From positions 1 to 64,000 of the IMG/VR virus record IMGVR_UViG_3300022744_000020: a DNA stretch of 64,000 nucleotides, one strand, 5' to 3'. This document shows, piece after piece, positions 19,501 through 28,581 of this stretch. Below the pieces are notes generated by a model. It searched no databases, was not told the origin of the DNA, and saw nothing but the letters and a program-made list of their open reading frames with translations. The translations under genes and the position numbers were made by a program. Each line of letters begins with the position of its first letter. The first letter of the stretch is position 1.

Positions 19501-22500
19501 CTGAGAACGGCACCATCCGGGGCCGGAACGTTGGCGGCAAGCGTCTACGACTCCACCACGGCAAAGACAGCCTGGACTCCGACGGCTGCCTCGATGGCCA
19601 ACGGCACGACGTACTACCTGCGTAATCGTCAGAAGTCTCAGGACTTTGGCGCTTCCGACTGGATGGAAATTCCCGTCACGACCGCGGCAAAGCCCGCATC
19701 GGCCACGCTGTCTGGAGCCAACACCCACTACCTGGGTCAGCCCTACAGTCTGACGGTCACGGCCTCGGCGACCTCTCCGGCCACATCCATCGTCTCTTTC
19801 GATGTAGTTGTTGACGGCGGCGCGCCCACCACGATCCCGGCAACACTCAGTGCAGGGGTTTATACCGGTACCTACGTCTGGCCCGTCTCGGCCATGACCA
19901 ACAAGGTTGCTGGTCAGACGGCTGTTTTCAGTGTCACGCTGAAGGACAACACGGGTGCAGTCTCCAACCCAGCTTCGAAGTCCGTGGGAATTGCTTCGGC
20001 CGCGATTGCGACCCCGAGCTTCATTTACCCGAGTGCGTCACAGACGGGCCTGGGACTGACGTTCACCGCGACGGCCTCGGACTTCTCGATTTCTGGTGGC
20101 GGTGCTGTTCACGCAAGCACTGATTGGAAGATTGTCAAACAGTCCGACAACGTCACCACGATCGAAGAGTTGGGTCAAACCGGAACGAAGCTGAAGACCT
20201 ATTCAGTTCCTCCTGGTTTCCTGGCTCCGAACACGACGTACATTCTCCAGGTCAAATACAACTCGGATACCTCTGGCTCTTCGGCTTGGGGACAGGTCGT
20301 CTTCACGACGGCTCCAGCGGGTGCTCCTTCGATCGTTTCCCCGACGAACGGTCAAGTGGGGGTGATCTTGAACGTGGTGGCGTACTCGAGCACGTTCAGC
20401 TCGAGTGGTGGCAACACACACGCGAAGTCCTCGTGGGAGTTGCGCACAGCCGCTAACGGTGGCGGTGTTCTGGTGGCCTCCCTGGCCGATTCGGCAACTT
20501 CTCTGACTCAGTGGACGATCTCGGTTGGTCTGAGCCCGAGCATTCAGTATTACCTGCGAGTGAAGTACACCGGAAGCCTTTCGGGGGATTCGGCGTGGGG
20601 TGAATCGACCTTTGTTACGGGTACCGCTGAAGCGCCAGTGATCTCCACCCCGGCCAACAACGCCACCAAGGTGATCCTGACTCCGACGTTCACGATCGCT
20701 GATCTGGTAGCTCTGGTCAGTGGCGATACCCACCTGAAGACGGAGTGGGAAGTTCGCACTGCAGCCGCAGGAGCTGGTACGTTGGTGACCTCGGGAACGA
20801 CCACGGCAACCTCGCTCAAGTCGTGGACGACGCCAAACTTGACCTCGGTCAATACGGTATTCTACATGCGGGTTCGAATCCAGACCCAAATGTTCGGATA
20901 TTCGAACTGGACTGAAATCAAGTTCACGACTGGGTATATTGCCGCTCCGACGATTCAAGCCCCGACCTCGGGTGCCACGGGTTTGCTGCCCAAGACGCTG
21001 ACGATCTCACTGGCTCCGTTCTCGGCACAGGGCGTGGACACCCACGCGTCAACCACCTACGCCATTCACACGGCGGCCAATCAAGGTGGTTCCCTGGTGA
21101 AGGAATTTACCAGCCCGACGGCACTTCTTGGAACGACGCTGTCGAACTTTGACATCGGTGGGGTGATTGGCAATCTGGCCAACGGGACCACCTATTGGCT
21201 CAGTGTGGCCATGACGGGTGCGGTGTTCGGTAAAAGCGCCTGGACAAACATCGCTTTCACGACGGGCACTCCTTCGGATCTGACGTGGGTGAATCCTGCG
21301 ACTGATTTGATGACAAACTTCCCAACGATGGGTCCGTCTCAGGTTCAACCTCAGGCACCTAACGGGACAGCGGACACGGTAGACCTTTACGAGGTCACCT
21401 ACGGAATTCTGCCTCCGCGTGGTGGCACCCCATCGATCACCGTCACGGATACCAGTTTGCTGCCAAACTACACGCCGGCTGAAGGAGCAATCCAACAATC
21501 GCGCATGTATGAAATTCGGTACCGAGCAAAATACGCTCAGTACGGGTACACGAACTGGATCTCTCGGCAAGTGACCATGGCCAGCATCACACTGCCTGTG
21601 TTCAGCACTCCCACGGCTGGAACAATCAGCACGGCAACTCCGACGCTGTCCATTCCCGCAGGTGTATCGAGCTATCCGGGATCCACACACACGAAGACGG
21701 ATTGGGAAATCCGAACCCAAGCATCTGGAGCCGGATCGCCAATCTGGACTTCCCCGAACGATGCGGTCAACAAGACTTCGATCACGGTTCCTGCCGGTGT
21801 CATGGTGGATGGCACGCAATACTACATTCGCTCGAGAGTCTACATGACTTCGATGGGGTGGAGTGCGTGGGGTGAAGTGATTGTCACAACTTCACTGATT
21901 GCTGCAGGAGCAACGACGCAATGGTCTGGCGCTATTGCCGATGCCTCCCATGGGTTTTCCACCGCTTTGGATGATCTCGGGCAATACCTGCTCATGGGTG
22001 CACCCCATCAGGACGGAGTCACTGCAAACGAAGGCGCTGCGAAAATCACATATCGCGCCACCTTAGGGACCACTGGATTTTCCTTCCAGAAGGATTTTAC
22101 CAATCCCGGGGCTTCAGCCAATGGTGGTTTGTACGGAAGTTCAGTTGACCTCGATTCCACAGCTACGCGTGCCGTAATTGGTTGCCCGCTTGGGTTGGTG
22201 GTTTATGGGGCTGAGGGATTTGTTGAGGTTTGGGTGAGGTCGGGAACGGCCTGGACTAAAGAAGCCACTCTCAAAGCTTCGACACCCATGGGTTACGAAT
22301 ACTTCGGCAACGATGTTTCGATCTCAGCGGATGGTTCCGTGATCGCGGTTGGATGTCGTGCGTACAACCACACTTCGGACAACGTCGGGGCGGTCTATAT
22401 CTTCCAAAGAACCGGGACTTCTTGGGCACAAACGGCGTTGTTGATGGCTAGTGACTGGTCCAGCAATGCTGAATTCGGGATCTCGGTCGATTTGTCTGAC

Positions 22501-23070
22501 GACGGATCAGTTTTAGTTGTTGGCGCACATTTGGCCAACACCGCAAATGGTTGGGGCAGCGGTGCTGCGTACGTTTTCCGAAAGACTTCCGGATCTTGGG
22601 TTGAAGAGGCCAAAATCCTCCCAGCTACGGTGACGGGATCAAACTACACGGGATGCGACGTAACCATTTCCGGGAACGGAACCACCATTGCCATCGGGGC
22701 TTTCTATCAAGCAACCACGGGATCGGCATACGTTTACACCGTCAGCGGATCTACGTGGACTCAACAAGCCCGACTCGTCAGTGGCGCCAACGATGGGCAT
22801 TTTGGAAATTCGCTGAGCTTGTCGAATGACGGTAACGTTCTCGCCGTAGGTAACTCCACTGCAGGGGCAGCCCCAACGGTTGGCGCTGGGTACGTTTTCA
22901 AGAGAGCCGGAACAGTTTGGTCTCTTGACCGAACGATAAAGTATCCGACAAGTTCCTTGGATGCTGGATACTCTTGCAATCTGAGCGGCGATGGAAATTA
23001 CGTGGCTGTCGGATCCCCCAATCAAGGAACTGGTGGGCAATTTGGCATGATCCGTGTGGTCAAGACTTAA
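16537..23070 (+). CDS. Giant tail fibre / receptor-binding protein: fibre N-terminus, 13 Ig/FN3-like repeats and a C-terminal 7-blade FG-GAP-type beta-propeller
   Basis: N-terminal fibre motifs (LAEFATAMGNDPQF, FAEIAAALKNDP, SPVFTDSPKAPT). Repeats H..TDW..RT..GGG and YYLRVR...YG.S.W. Seven blades FG.sv.ls.DG..lavGA. Confidence 0.85.
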   Translation: MNNLRTRNGEPNNFEDGLAVRGILLDGSEGAKVVAMKIQETDPVPTSLFDWVRATMLSLKTLSDAGGGKVADQPLTDSSDKAANTKFVQLLAAEMLLKIAGGTNLPVGLDSLAEFATAMGNDPQFLTKINEALATKVSIEDLRYTTANSCVAGGGPNAISGAFIPAIKTLVGEPVIYVRSLGANTVPDPTFTPNLGVISADVIVKSNNQPLLPGDIPGANYPMMLRRDSSLQKWVLMNPAGASNLPWASNDVTTAGLSTSTVVTPASLKATLAQVLGTAPDVLNSFAEIAAALKNDPHAIDTILAKIATLAPTQSPVFTDSPKAPTQPLTSNDATLATTAFVWAAITQALTNNLKASTQTISGIVRLCTNPEVLAMLNDTAAVTPATLRYWFDNLPAATTTERSIVRFASSDESFTGLLEDVAVNPKGMRFAIDQALSQFVGGLTAPTTPALTGSSTVVVGLSYTLTLTSQPTTGGATVTSFDLTLNNGAVQTLPATAGSATYTWTSSGTVGQTVTFRVKAKDSNNKVSAEASKVVTLSTITVNPVVVVSPTADQLARPLVGTFVVNAISFSGGTSAHLNTDWDLRTAANGGGTSVWSSLNDAVNKTSIAYSLASVVTPGTKYYLRVRQKTQNYGDSGWTEVGFTYIARPGAPTLSGAGSVISGQTYTLAMSSSSLETGATASQFLISVNGGAEVQITATSNSGTYTWTSSGVAGTTASLAVRVKDSNGLYSDPSTKTVSLTTVSINTPTFISPANGATGVSVSPTLTASNMATTGGADTFANADWEARTASGGGGTLLWSSPADAVNKTTITIPVGKLGSNALVYFRVRHRGAVYGVSDWAEISVTTMGAPGAPALSGAAGFRPGDNYTLTMSANPVSPATAITSFSVVVGAAAPVVVPAVSNSANWTYLGTSNSSIAPGQTVTISVTALDNASLVSAAGTKTLTSSKPNVPTYSGATTGLSISPSFAVSAMTMAGLASTHLSSDWELRTAPSGAGTLAASVYDSTTAKTAWTPTAASMANGTTYYLRNRQKSQDFGASDWMEIPVTTAAKPASATLSGANTHYLGQPYSLTVTASATSPATSIVSFDVVVDGGAPTTIPATLSAGVYTGTYVWPVSAMTNKVAGQTAVFSVTLKDNTGAVSNPASKSVGIASAAIATPSFIYPSASQTGLGLTFTATASDFSISGGGAVHASTDWKIVKQSDNVTTIEELGQTGTKLKTYSVPPGFLAPNTTYILQVKYNSDTSGSSAWGQVVFTTAPAGAPSIVSPTNGQVGVILNVVAYSSTFSSSGGNTHAKSSWELRTAANGGGVLVASLADSATSLTQWTISVGLSPSIQYYLRVKYTGSLSGDSAWGESTFVTGTAEAPVISTPANNATKVILTPTFTIADLVALVSGDTHLKTEWEVRTAAAGAGTLVTSGTTTATSLKSWTTPNLTSVNTVFYMRVRIQTQMFGYSNWTEIKFTTGYIAAPTIQAPTSGATGLLPKTLTISLAPFSAQGVDTHASTTYAIHTAANQGGSLVKEFTSPTALLGTTLSNFDIGGVIGNLANGTTYWLSVAMTGAVFGKSAWTNIAFTTGTPSDLTWVNPATDLMTNFPTMGPSQVQPQAPNGTADTVDLYEVTYGILPPRGGTPSITVTDTSLLPNYTPAEGAIQQSRMYEIRYRAKYAQYGYTNWISRQVTMASITLPVFSTPTAGTISTATPTLSIPAGVSSYPGSTHTKTDWEIRTQASGAGSPIWTSPNDAVNKTSITVPAGVMVDGTQYYIRSRVYMTSMGWSAWGEVIVTTSLIAAGATTQWSGAIADASHGFSTALDDLGQYLLMGAPHQDGVTANEGAAKITYRATLGTTGFSFQKDFTNPGASANGGLYGSSVDLDSTATRAVIGCPLGLVVYGAEGFVEVWVRSGTAWTKEATLKASTPMGYEYFGNDVSISADGSVIAVGCRAYNHTSDNVGAVYIFQRTGTSWAQTALLMASDWSSNAEFGISVDLSDDGSVLVVGAHLANTANGWGSGAAYVFRKTSGSWVEEAKILPATVTGSNYTGCDVTISGNGTTIAIGAFYQATTGSAYVYTVSGSTWTQQARLVSGANDGHFGNSLSLSNDGNVLAVGNSTAGAAPTVGAGYVFKRAGTVWSLDRTIKYPTSSLDAGYSCNLSGDGNYVAVGSPNQGTGGQFGMIRVVKT
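18336..18363 (+). repeat. 28-nt perfect direct repeat, copy 1
   Basis: GAACGATGCGGTCAACAAGACTTCGATC, identical at 21756-21783. Confidence 0.85.
21756..21783 (+). repeat. 28-nt perfect direct repeat, copy 2
   Basis: Identical to 18336-18363; spacing 3420 nt (in frame). Confidence 0.85.
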
Positions 23071-23086
23071 TCGGTAAAGAGAAATC

Positions 23087-23674
23087 ATGGACACTCATGT
23101 TTACGCACGAGTGCTCGATGGGGAAGTCCGTGACTTCCCCATTTCAAAAGAGCACATTCAAACCCAGGTACTCCCCATGGAGTGGTTCAAGCTTTGTCAA
23201 ATCGACGAAGTTCCCACTCTTGAGATTGACGAGCGCTGCTCCCCGATCTTCATCGTTGAGGAAGACGTTGTGGTCGTACGGTGGAAAATTCAGCGTTTGA
23301 CCGATACTGAATTCGTTGGTCGAATCTGGATGAATCGATATCCGGAACTTCGGCAGGAAGCCAAACTTCCAACGGAGTACGAAGCTCACCGGCTTAAGCG
23401 GATCCTTCGCAGTCGAGTTCTTCGTGTCTTGGATGAAAAGGCCCGAGAAGAGGACTACGCGGATTTCATCGAAGTCATCAGTTTCTCGCGATCCAGCAAT
23501 CCGGATCGTGCAGCACTCGCCAAGAAATTCTACGAAGATCGAGACAAGTTGTTCGATTACGTGGACAAAATCCTGGTGGATTCCATGGTGACTGAGAAGA
23601 GAATTCTTCCTCGGAGTCCTCAAGAGTTCGATTCGTGGATTAAGCAAATGATCCAGACGGAGAGCGAAAAATGA
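23087..23674 (+). CDS. Hypothetical protein, probable tail fibre assembly/chaperone
   Basis: Directly downstream of the fibre gene. LDEKAREEDYADF...S motif resembles tail-fibre-associated proteins. Confidence 0.55.
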   Translation: MDTHVYARVLDGEVRDFPISKEHIQTQVLPMEWFKLCQIDEVPTLEIDERCSPIFIVEEDVVVVRWKIQRLTDTEFVGRIWMNRYPELRQEAKLPTEYEAHRLKRILRSRVLRVLDEKAREEDYADFIEVISFSRSSNPDRAALAKKFYEDRDKLFDYVDKILVDSMVTEKRILPRSPQEFDSWIKQMIQTESEK

Positions 23675-24120
23675 GTCTGAGCATCGCGGAGACCTGGAGA
23701 TACAAACTTCAGGAGGATTTTCATCACGAATACTCGAAGGACTTCCCGGAAATGGAAGTCAATCAGGATTGGTTGAAAATCAACGGTCGAAAGGTTTTCA
23801 TCCCCAAAGGCTATGCCTGGAACGGTTGTAATCCTTCGTATCGGATTCGATTCAGTCGACTTGGGATCGACTGGTGGATCGGCACGCCTGACGGTAGTCT
23901 GGATGAAACTGGACGACCGATCACGAGCAATGCCTCTGTTCTTCACGATGCACTATGTCAGTACCGAGAAGTGCTGACGAAAGTAACCAAGCGAATGTCT
24001 GTGGAGCTGTTTGCTGAACAACTCCGACTCAGTGGAGCACACCCGCTGATTTGTAAAAACTACCCCAAGGTGGTGAGCATGTTCGGCCCTCAAGACTGGT
24101 TGGGTGATCGCCAGAGCTGA
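23671..24120 (+). CDS. DUF1353-like protein
   Basis: IPKGYAWNG..P and ASVLHDALCQ motifs. ATGA overlap with the upstream gene. Confidence 0.6.
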   Translation: MSLSIAETWRYKLQEDFHHEYSKDFPEMEVNQDWLKINGRKVFIPKGYAWNGCNPSYRIRFSRLGIDWWIGTPDGSLDETGRPITSNASVLHDALCQYREVLTKVTKRMSVELFAEQLRLSGAHPLICKNYPKVVSMFGPQDWLGDRQS

Positions 24121-24128
24121 TGCATGAT

Positions 24129-24170
24129 AGACTAGGATGCCCCGCAAGGGGCATCCTAGTCTTGTTTTGT
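24129..24170. terminator. Bidirectional terminator
   Basis: 15-bp stem AGACTAGGATGCCCC-GCAA-GGGGCATCCTAGTCT between convergent genes. Confidence 0.78.
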
Positions 24171-24172
24171 TG

Positions 24173-25756
24173 TCAGAACTTTGCAGTCAGGCTTCTTACT
24201 TTTTCAGCCCCCGGACGCTCCACTTGAATCTGATCGGATCCCGCATCCACTCGACGAATGTCAAACGAATGAGAGAATGAAACAATGAAGTCTTTCTTGA
24301 TTTGCTCCACTGTTTTTCCATTCAAGCCGAAGATCAGATTCAGCTCCGTTCCTCGTGGCATCTGAAAACGAACACCCTTTCGGGAATTCACCGACGCAAT
24401 TCCAGTCACGTTGAAGTCCGCTCTCATGTCAAACAAGAAAGAACAAATTCTCTCGGAAGTTGCTTTCTTTTCGGTCGTGGTTTTACCAATCAGTACCGGA
24501 TCTTGATCCTCTCCCAACACTTGGTAATAAGTACCAGCCGGAGTGGTCGTGTAGTTGAGCACCTCCAACTCAGTAGAGGTAGCGTAAACCTCTTGAGGGG
24601 CCCGACTGGCAACTCCCAGGACCAAAGGCGATACCGTTACGAACGCATCAGAGCAGTAGCTTCCTTGCCCGTCTACTCGGGAATCCACCAGCATGAATCC
24701 CAGCCTGACTCCAGCATACCCACCCACCGGAGATTTGATGAGTTGAAGACGTGCGACGAAGGCGAAGTCGTGAATCCCTGCTGTTTCAAACTGGGTCCGC
24801 GTCAAGAACATCGACTGCCCGTTGTTTGTGACAACGTACGCGTCATAGTTGTCGACGCTGACAACTTGGTCTTTCCCAAACTGAAGCGTTTGATAGGGAG
24901 AGCCTTGGGCTGGGGTCGTGATGAATGCTGAAGACTGAGCCAAGACAGTCGTGTAGCCGCTCAGCAGTTGCTTGGCATCTTTCTCCGCATTGGTGTCGCG
25001 TGCCGAGATCGCTTCAAGCATGTACTGAAGTTTCTGCAGCTCTTCAATACCGTCACCTGAAGACTGATGCGCCTGGACCAACTTCAGCATGGCCTGCTCG
25101 GTGGCTCTTAGTGCGTTGGTTGCACGAACAAGAGCCACCTGAGACAGATCGCTTTGTTCGGTATCGACCATCGCCGTCAATTCAGAGAAGCGTTGATCGA
25201 TGTACCGATACAGAGCGTTGTGGCTGACTTGATCGCCCATCAGAATTGACTTTCGAAGCATCTCCAAGGAGGCGCAAAGAAATTCGTAACCGATGGTGTT
25301 GTCTTGGGTCTGGTAATGCGTGACCGGATCCACCTCGCTTGGGGGATTGGCGATGTTCTCCCAACTGATCGGCCGATCGTCCTGCAGCAGTTCATTCAGC
25401 AGCGTCTGAATGAAGGCATAGTTGTGCTCGTAGCCATCTCCCAAACACTGGTAACTCAAAATCACCCGAGAATTAACCCGAGGATTGATCACCACGATCG
25501 TGGAGCAAACGTCTTGCTCGCAAAGCATCGAAGGAATGGCAACCGTGTCGATACAAACGTAGTCAACGTCCTTGGTGAGTTCTTTCTGAGTCACCGCATC
25601 CATCATAGATACAGATTTTGAAAAGAACAAACCGTACTTAGGTGTAACCGATCGATATTTGCGGGATTCCAGGTCGTGGAATTCTCCTTCGACACGGTTG
25701 TTTTGATTTTTACCGGAAGTGTCGAGCAAGTAGCGATAAGGCTTTAACGGATTCAT
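24173..25756 (-). CDS. Virion structural protein (phiKZ gp130/gp139 family)
   Basis: LDTSGKNQNNRVEGEFH, PKYGLFF..S, YQCLG and WENIANPP...P..H motifs. Confidence 0.68.
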   Translation of the reverse strand: MNPLKPYRYLLDTSGKNQNNRVEGEFHDLESRKYRSVTPKYGLFFSKSVSMMDAVTQKELTKDVDYVCIDTVAIPSMLCEQDVCSTIVVINPRVNSRVILSYQCLGDGYEHNYAFIQTLLNELLQDDRPISWENIANPPSEVDPVTHYQTQDNTIGYEFLCASLEMLRKSILMGDQVSHNALYRYIDQRFSELTAMVDTEQSDLSQVALVRATNALRATEQAMLKLVQAHQSSGDGIEELQKLQYMLEAISARDTNAEKDAKQLLSGYTTVLAQSSAFITTPAQGSPYQTLQFGKDQVVSVDNYDAYVVTNNGQSMFLTRTQFETAGIHDFAFVARLQLIKSPVGGYAGVRLGFMLVDSRVDGQGSYCSDAFVTVSPLVLGVASRAPQEVYATSTELEVLNYTTTPAGTYYQVLGEDQDPVLIGKTTTEKKATSERICSFLFDMRADFNVTGIASVNSRKGVRFQMPRGTELNLIFGLNGKTVEQIKKDFIVSFSHSFDIRRVDAGSDQIQVERPGAEKVRSLTAKF

Positions 25757-25776
25757 GATTTCTCCAGTGGTTTATT

Positions 25777-27828
25777 TCAAGATTTCGGGTAGTGGAAGAT
25801 TTCAGCGTCGGCTTCACGCATGACGCGGATATAGTCGCAGCCGAATGAGCTGGAATTTAAGCATCTCAATTCCAACACTACCGTACTGCTATTCGCTTTG
25901 AAGGCGTACATCAGCACTTTGTTTGTTTCTCCTGCCTTGATGGAGTATTCCGGGCTGATTCTTTTCCCATTCATCAAGACAACCAAATCGGGTGCAGCAT
26001 CTGCTTTAAAATACAGAGCCGACTCCAATAAATAACTGGTCCCAGGAACCAGCTTGAGCGTGGCCTTCCAGAAATTCTTGTCCGGATTAGCGGCGGCATT
26101 GACTACCAGCAGATTTCCGTTCTTACTCACGTAAGAATTGATCACTTGAACGTTTGGAGTGATCCAGCCTTTTTGTTTTGGATCCGTTAGATACTTCAGA
26201 GTTTCTTTTCTGAGAGAAGCGATGCTGTTATCCTTCACACCTCTTGGATCTAGCTCGTATTCGGTTTCAAACTGGCTCAGTCTGGCATCAAAGTCTGGAT
26301 TGGCGTTCTCATAGACACGGACACCGCATTTTTGCTGAACGTACTGCATCACCAAATCCATCTCGTACAGAGACAGACGACGAGAATACGCCAGGATCAT
26401 CAGCAACCTCCCGGACTGGGTGGTCTGAGGATCACCTATTGAATTAAAGCGGTGACTCTTAGCTTCCAATTTAGCCGTGTGAACCAACCCGTTTTCAGCT
26501 TGATTCAGATTCTCACCGTAGTTGCATCGAGCATAACCACCCAATGCGCTGTTAACTGCCACCACGTTCACATGGACTGGCAAGTTGTCGGCGTTATTGG
26601 TGTAGTTGACCCAGTCAACCCACCCAGTCTTGGTTTCTTTCAACTCCATTCCAATCCGGTGATCCACATCCAGATCCACCCGGGATTCAGGGCCTCTCAG
26701 GACAGTGAGTTTTTCCGGGTTGTATCTTTCGTCACGACTGCAGACGCAGATCAGAGTGTATTCCTCACCCAGAATAACATCCTCCCCTTTACTCAGACCC
26801 AAATACCCTCCGGTGAGTTCAACGGAGTTGGCTCGAACATACGGGTTGATCTCGTATTTGGCAACAGGGGAGAAAAACTCTCGACCCTTTGGACTTTGAT
26901 CTCGAACCGATAGGCCGGTCCCTACTGGAATGCATGTCTTTTCGTTGGTAAAGTCCAGAAAAAGTTCGAGGTCAGTCAAAAAGAAAGGAGTCACAACCGG
27001 GGTCGGTGAAATTGTTTTTCGATACCGCGCGAGTTCAATGCCGGTGCAGCAGTACAGTGCATTGGCGTAGTTGATTTCTCGCTGATTCAAGTACGCTACC
27101 TGTTCTCTGGTTCTTTTGAGAACTTGAGCGGTCAGCTCTTTTGTCTTTGAGATCCCAGCATTGATGAACGCCAGTCTCCGATTTACTTCATCCGTGATTG
27201 CCGTGATCTGCGCTTCTCGGAAAGAACTCCGACTGCTCATCAAGGTGTGAAAACTCGATTCTTTGAAATTGATCGAGTTGAAAATTTCCAGGTGTTCGTT
27301 TGATTTGTCGATGCCAATCGCATCGGCAATTCTTTTCAAGCAGTCAAGCAGCGTCGAATCGATGAGGACTGTCGAGACGTGATGAGTATGTGCTTTAGGG
27401 ACATACTCCACCGGGTGATTCAGCGTTGCGTAATCTACCTGACCCGCACTGGCTGTTGCCCGAGCGTATTCCTCCAGGGTCTTTTCGACGTTCGGTCTTT
27501 CTGGCCCACCTACCGCTTGGTAGCGCGCAAACAACTTGTACGGCAAGCCAGAGTCCGACACCAGAAAAACATTGCAGACTTCTTGTTCGAGGTAATCGGT
27601 CAGATCAACATCCATTCCCCCGATGGTGAACTGGCTAGGCAGGAGATACGTCCTTACTCCTTCAGCGGTTTCCGTCCACAACTTCAAGGACTTGACAAAG
27701 AAGGTACCCCACTTCAGCATGCCCAGGCGTTGACCCATCGAATAGATTTGAACTTCTTCTTTTTCGATCAAATTGCTCGACGCCGTACCTGTCGGATCAA
27801 AGGGTAAATAGATAGAAACTTCTTCCAT
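25777..27828 (-). CDS. Virion structural protein (gp139-family N-terminus) with LamG/lectin-like and CBM-like C-terminal domains
   Basis: PFDPTGTASSNLIEKE, YQAVGG and P.EYVP..HTH motifs. C-terminal LELFLDF...RDQS...LAYSRRLS...QY pattern. ATG 27828 preferred. Confidence 0.62.
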   Translation of the reverse strand: MEEVSIYLPFDPTGTASSNLIEKEEVQIYSMGQRLGMLKWGTFFVKSLKLWTETAEGVRTYLLPSQFTIGGMDVDLTDYLEQEVCNVFLVSDSGLPYKLFARYQAVGGPERPNVEKTLEEYARATASAGQVDYATLNHPVEYVPKAHTHHVSTVLIDSTLLDCLKRIADAIGIDKSNEHLEIFNSINFKESSFHTLMSSRSSFREAQITAITDEVNRRLAFINAGISKTKELTAQVLKRTREQVAYLNQREINYANALYCCTGIELARYRKTISPTPVVTPFFLTDLELFLDFTNEKTCIPVGTGLSVRDQSPKGREFFSPVAKYEINPYVRANSVELTGGYLGLSKGEDVILGEEYTLICVCSRDERYNPEKLTVLRGPESRVDLDVDHRIGMELKETKTGWVDWVNYTNNADNLPVHVNVVAVNSALGGYARCNYGENLNQAENGLVHTAKLEAKSHRFNSIGDPQTTQSGRLLMILAYSRRLSLYEMDLVMQYVQQKCGVRVYENANPDFDARLSQFETEYELDPRGVKDNSIASLRKETLKYLTDPKQKGWITPNVQVINSYVSKNGNLLVVNAAANPDKNFWKATLKLVPGTSYLLESALYFKADAAPDLVVLMNGKRISPEYSIKAGETNKVLMYAFKANSSTVVLELRCLNSSSFGCDYIRVMREADAEIFHYPKS

Positions 27829-27890
27829 TTGGGACTCCAAAAATGATTATTAATGCTCGGCTGTCGCCTCAAACCATCTGAGATAAAAGC

Positions 27891-27935
27891 ATATCTGACT
27901 AAAGCTAGCCCCATCGGACAGCTTTAGTCAGATAT
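27891..27935 (-). terminator. Hairpin, probable terminator
   Basis: 16-bp stem ATATCTGACTAAAGCT/AGCTTTAGTCAGATAT; on the minus strand it runs into TATGCTTTTAT. Confidence 0.65.
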
Positions 27936-27942
27936 AGAGGAA

Positions 27943-28578
27943 TTATGCGGGCGGCAGAGCTGGAGGTAGCTTTTTCAAGATGTAGTCCTCCAGCGCTTTC
28001 ATCTGAGTTCTGAGCCTTTCGTTTTCCGTCGTTAAGTCCCGATTGGTCTGAAGCAGACTCGAACTCTTAGATAGATTTGCTCGTCTCTTCGCTTCAATCA
28101 GAGTGTGTTGCTCGTGCGTGAGAAGCACGTTCTCTGCATACTCCATTTCAGTCACAGTCGAATGTACACCCATTTTGGATTTCACTATTTCGGTGATTTC
28201 CTCTTTGAGTGGCGTGAGATCCATGCTGAGAGGGATGGCCTCCAAACTAATGGCTAAAGCGAACAAACCATAGATGATCCCGTCTGCATCTGGAAGCTCT
28301 AGGATGTAGCTGTTTGGGCACAGCACATTGTTTCCCAGAGAATCCTTTAGCGTGAGTATAACTGTGTCTTCTTCGAGATCTTGCTCGTAGAGTGCTTTAT
28401 CGACACCCAGAGGCTCGTAGATCTCTTCGTACACATCGTATCCTCGGCTAACCATGCCTTGGATGTTTTCGATGGCCAGTACCTGATAGACGACCTGGTT
28501 AGACACAACGGTGTCAAAGGGGGAGTTTACCTTGAAGCTCCCCGACATCCCCACTCGTGGGTAGAAGTTTGCTTCCAC
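27943..28578 (-). CDS. Conserved hypothetical jumbo-phage protein
   Basis: 211 aa, GTG start just after the gp157-like stop, C-terminal coiled coil. Confidence 0.75.
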   Translation of the reverse strand: MEANFYPRVGMSGSFKVNSPFDTVVSNQVVYQVLAIENIQGMVSRGYDVYEEIYEPLGVDKALYEQDLEEDTVILTLKDSLGNNVLCPNSYILELPDADGIIYGLFALAISLEAIPLSMDLTPLKEEITEIVKSKMGVHSTVTEMEYAENVLLTHEQHTLIEAKRRANLSKSSSLLQTNRDLTTENERLRTQMKALEDYILKKLPPALPPA

Positions 28579-28581
28579 GTT

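Noticed and set aside
16519-21819. Long minus-strand ORFs (583, 232, 251 and 256 aa) opposite the fibre gene
   Set aside because: Arg-rich shadow frames of a biased coding strand.
21900-23070. Diversity-generating retroelement or invertible tip at the fibre C-terminus
   Set aside because: No template repeat, reverse transcriptase, invertase or flanking inverted repeats seen in the window.
21900-23070. FG-GAP propeller as evidence of eukaryotic integrin DNA
   Set aside because: This repeat type is common in bacterial and phage proteins, and here it is fused in frame to a phage fibre.
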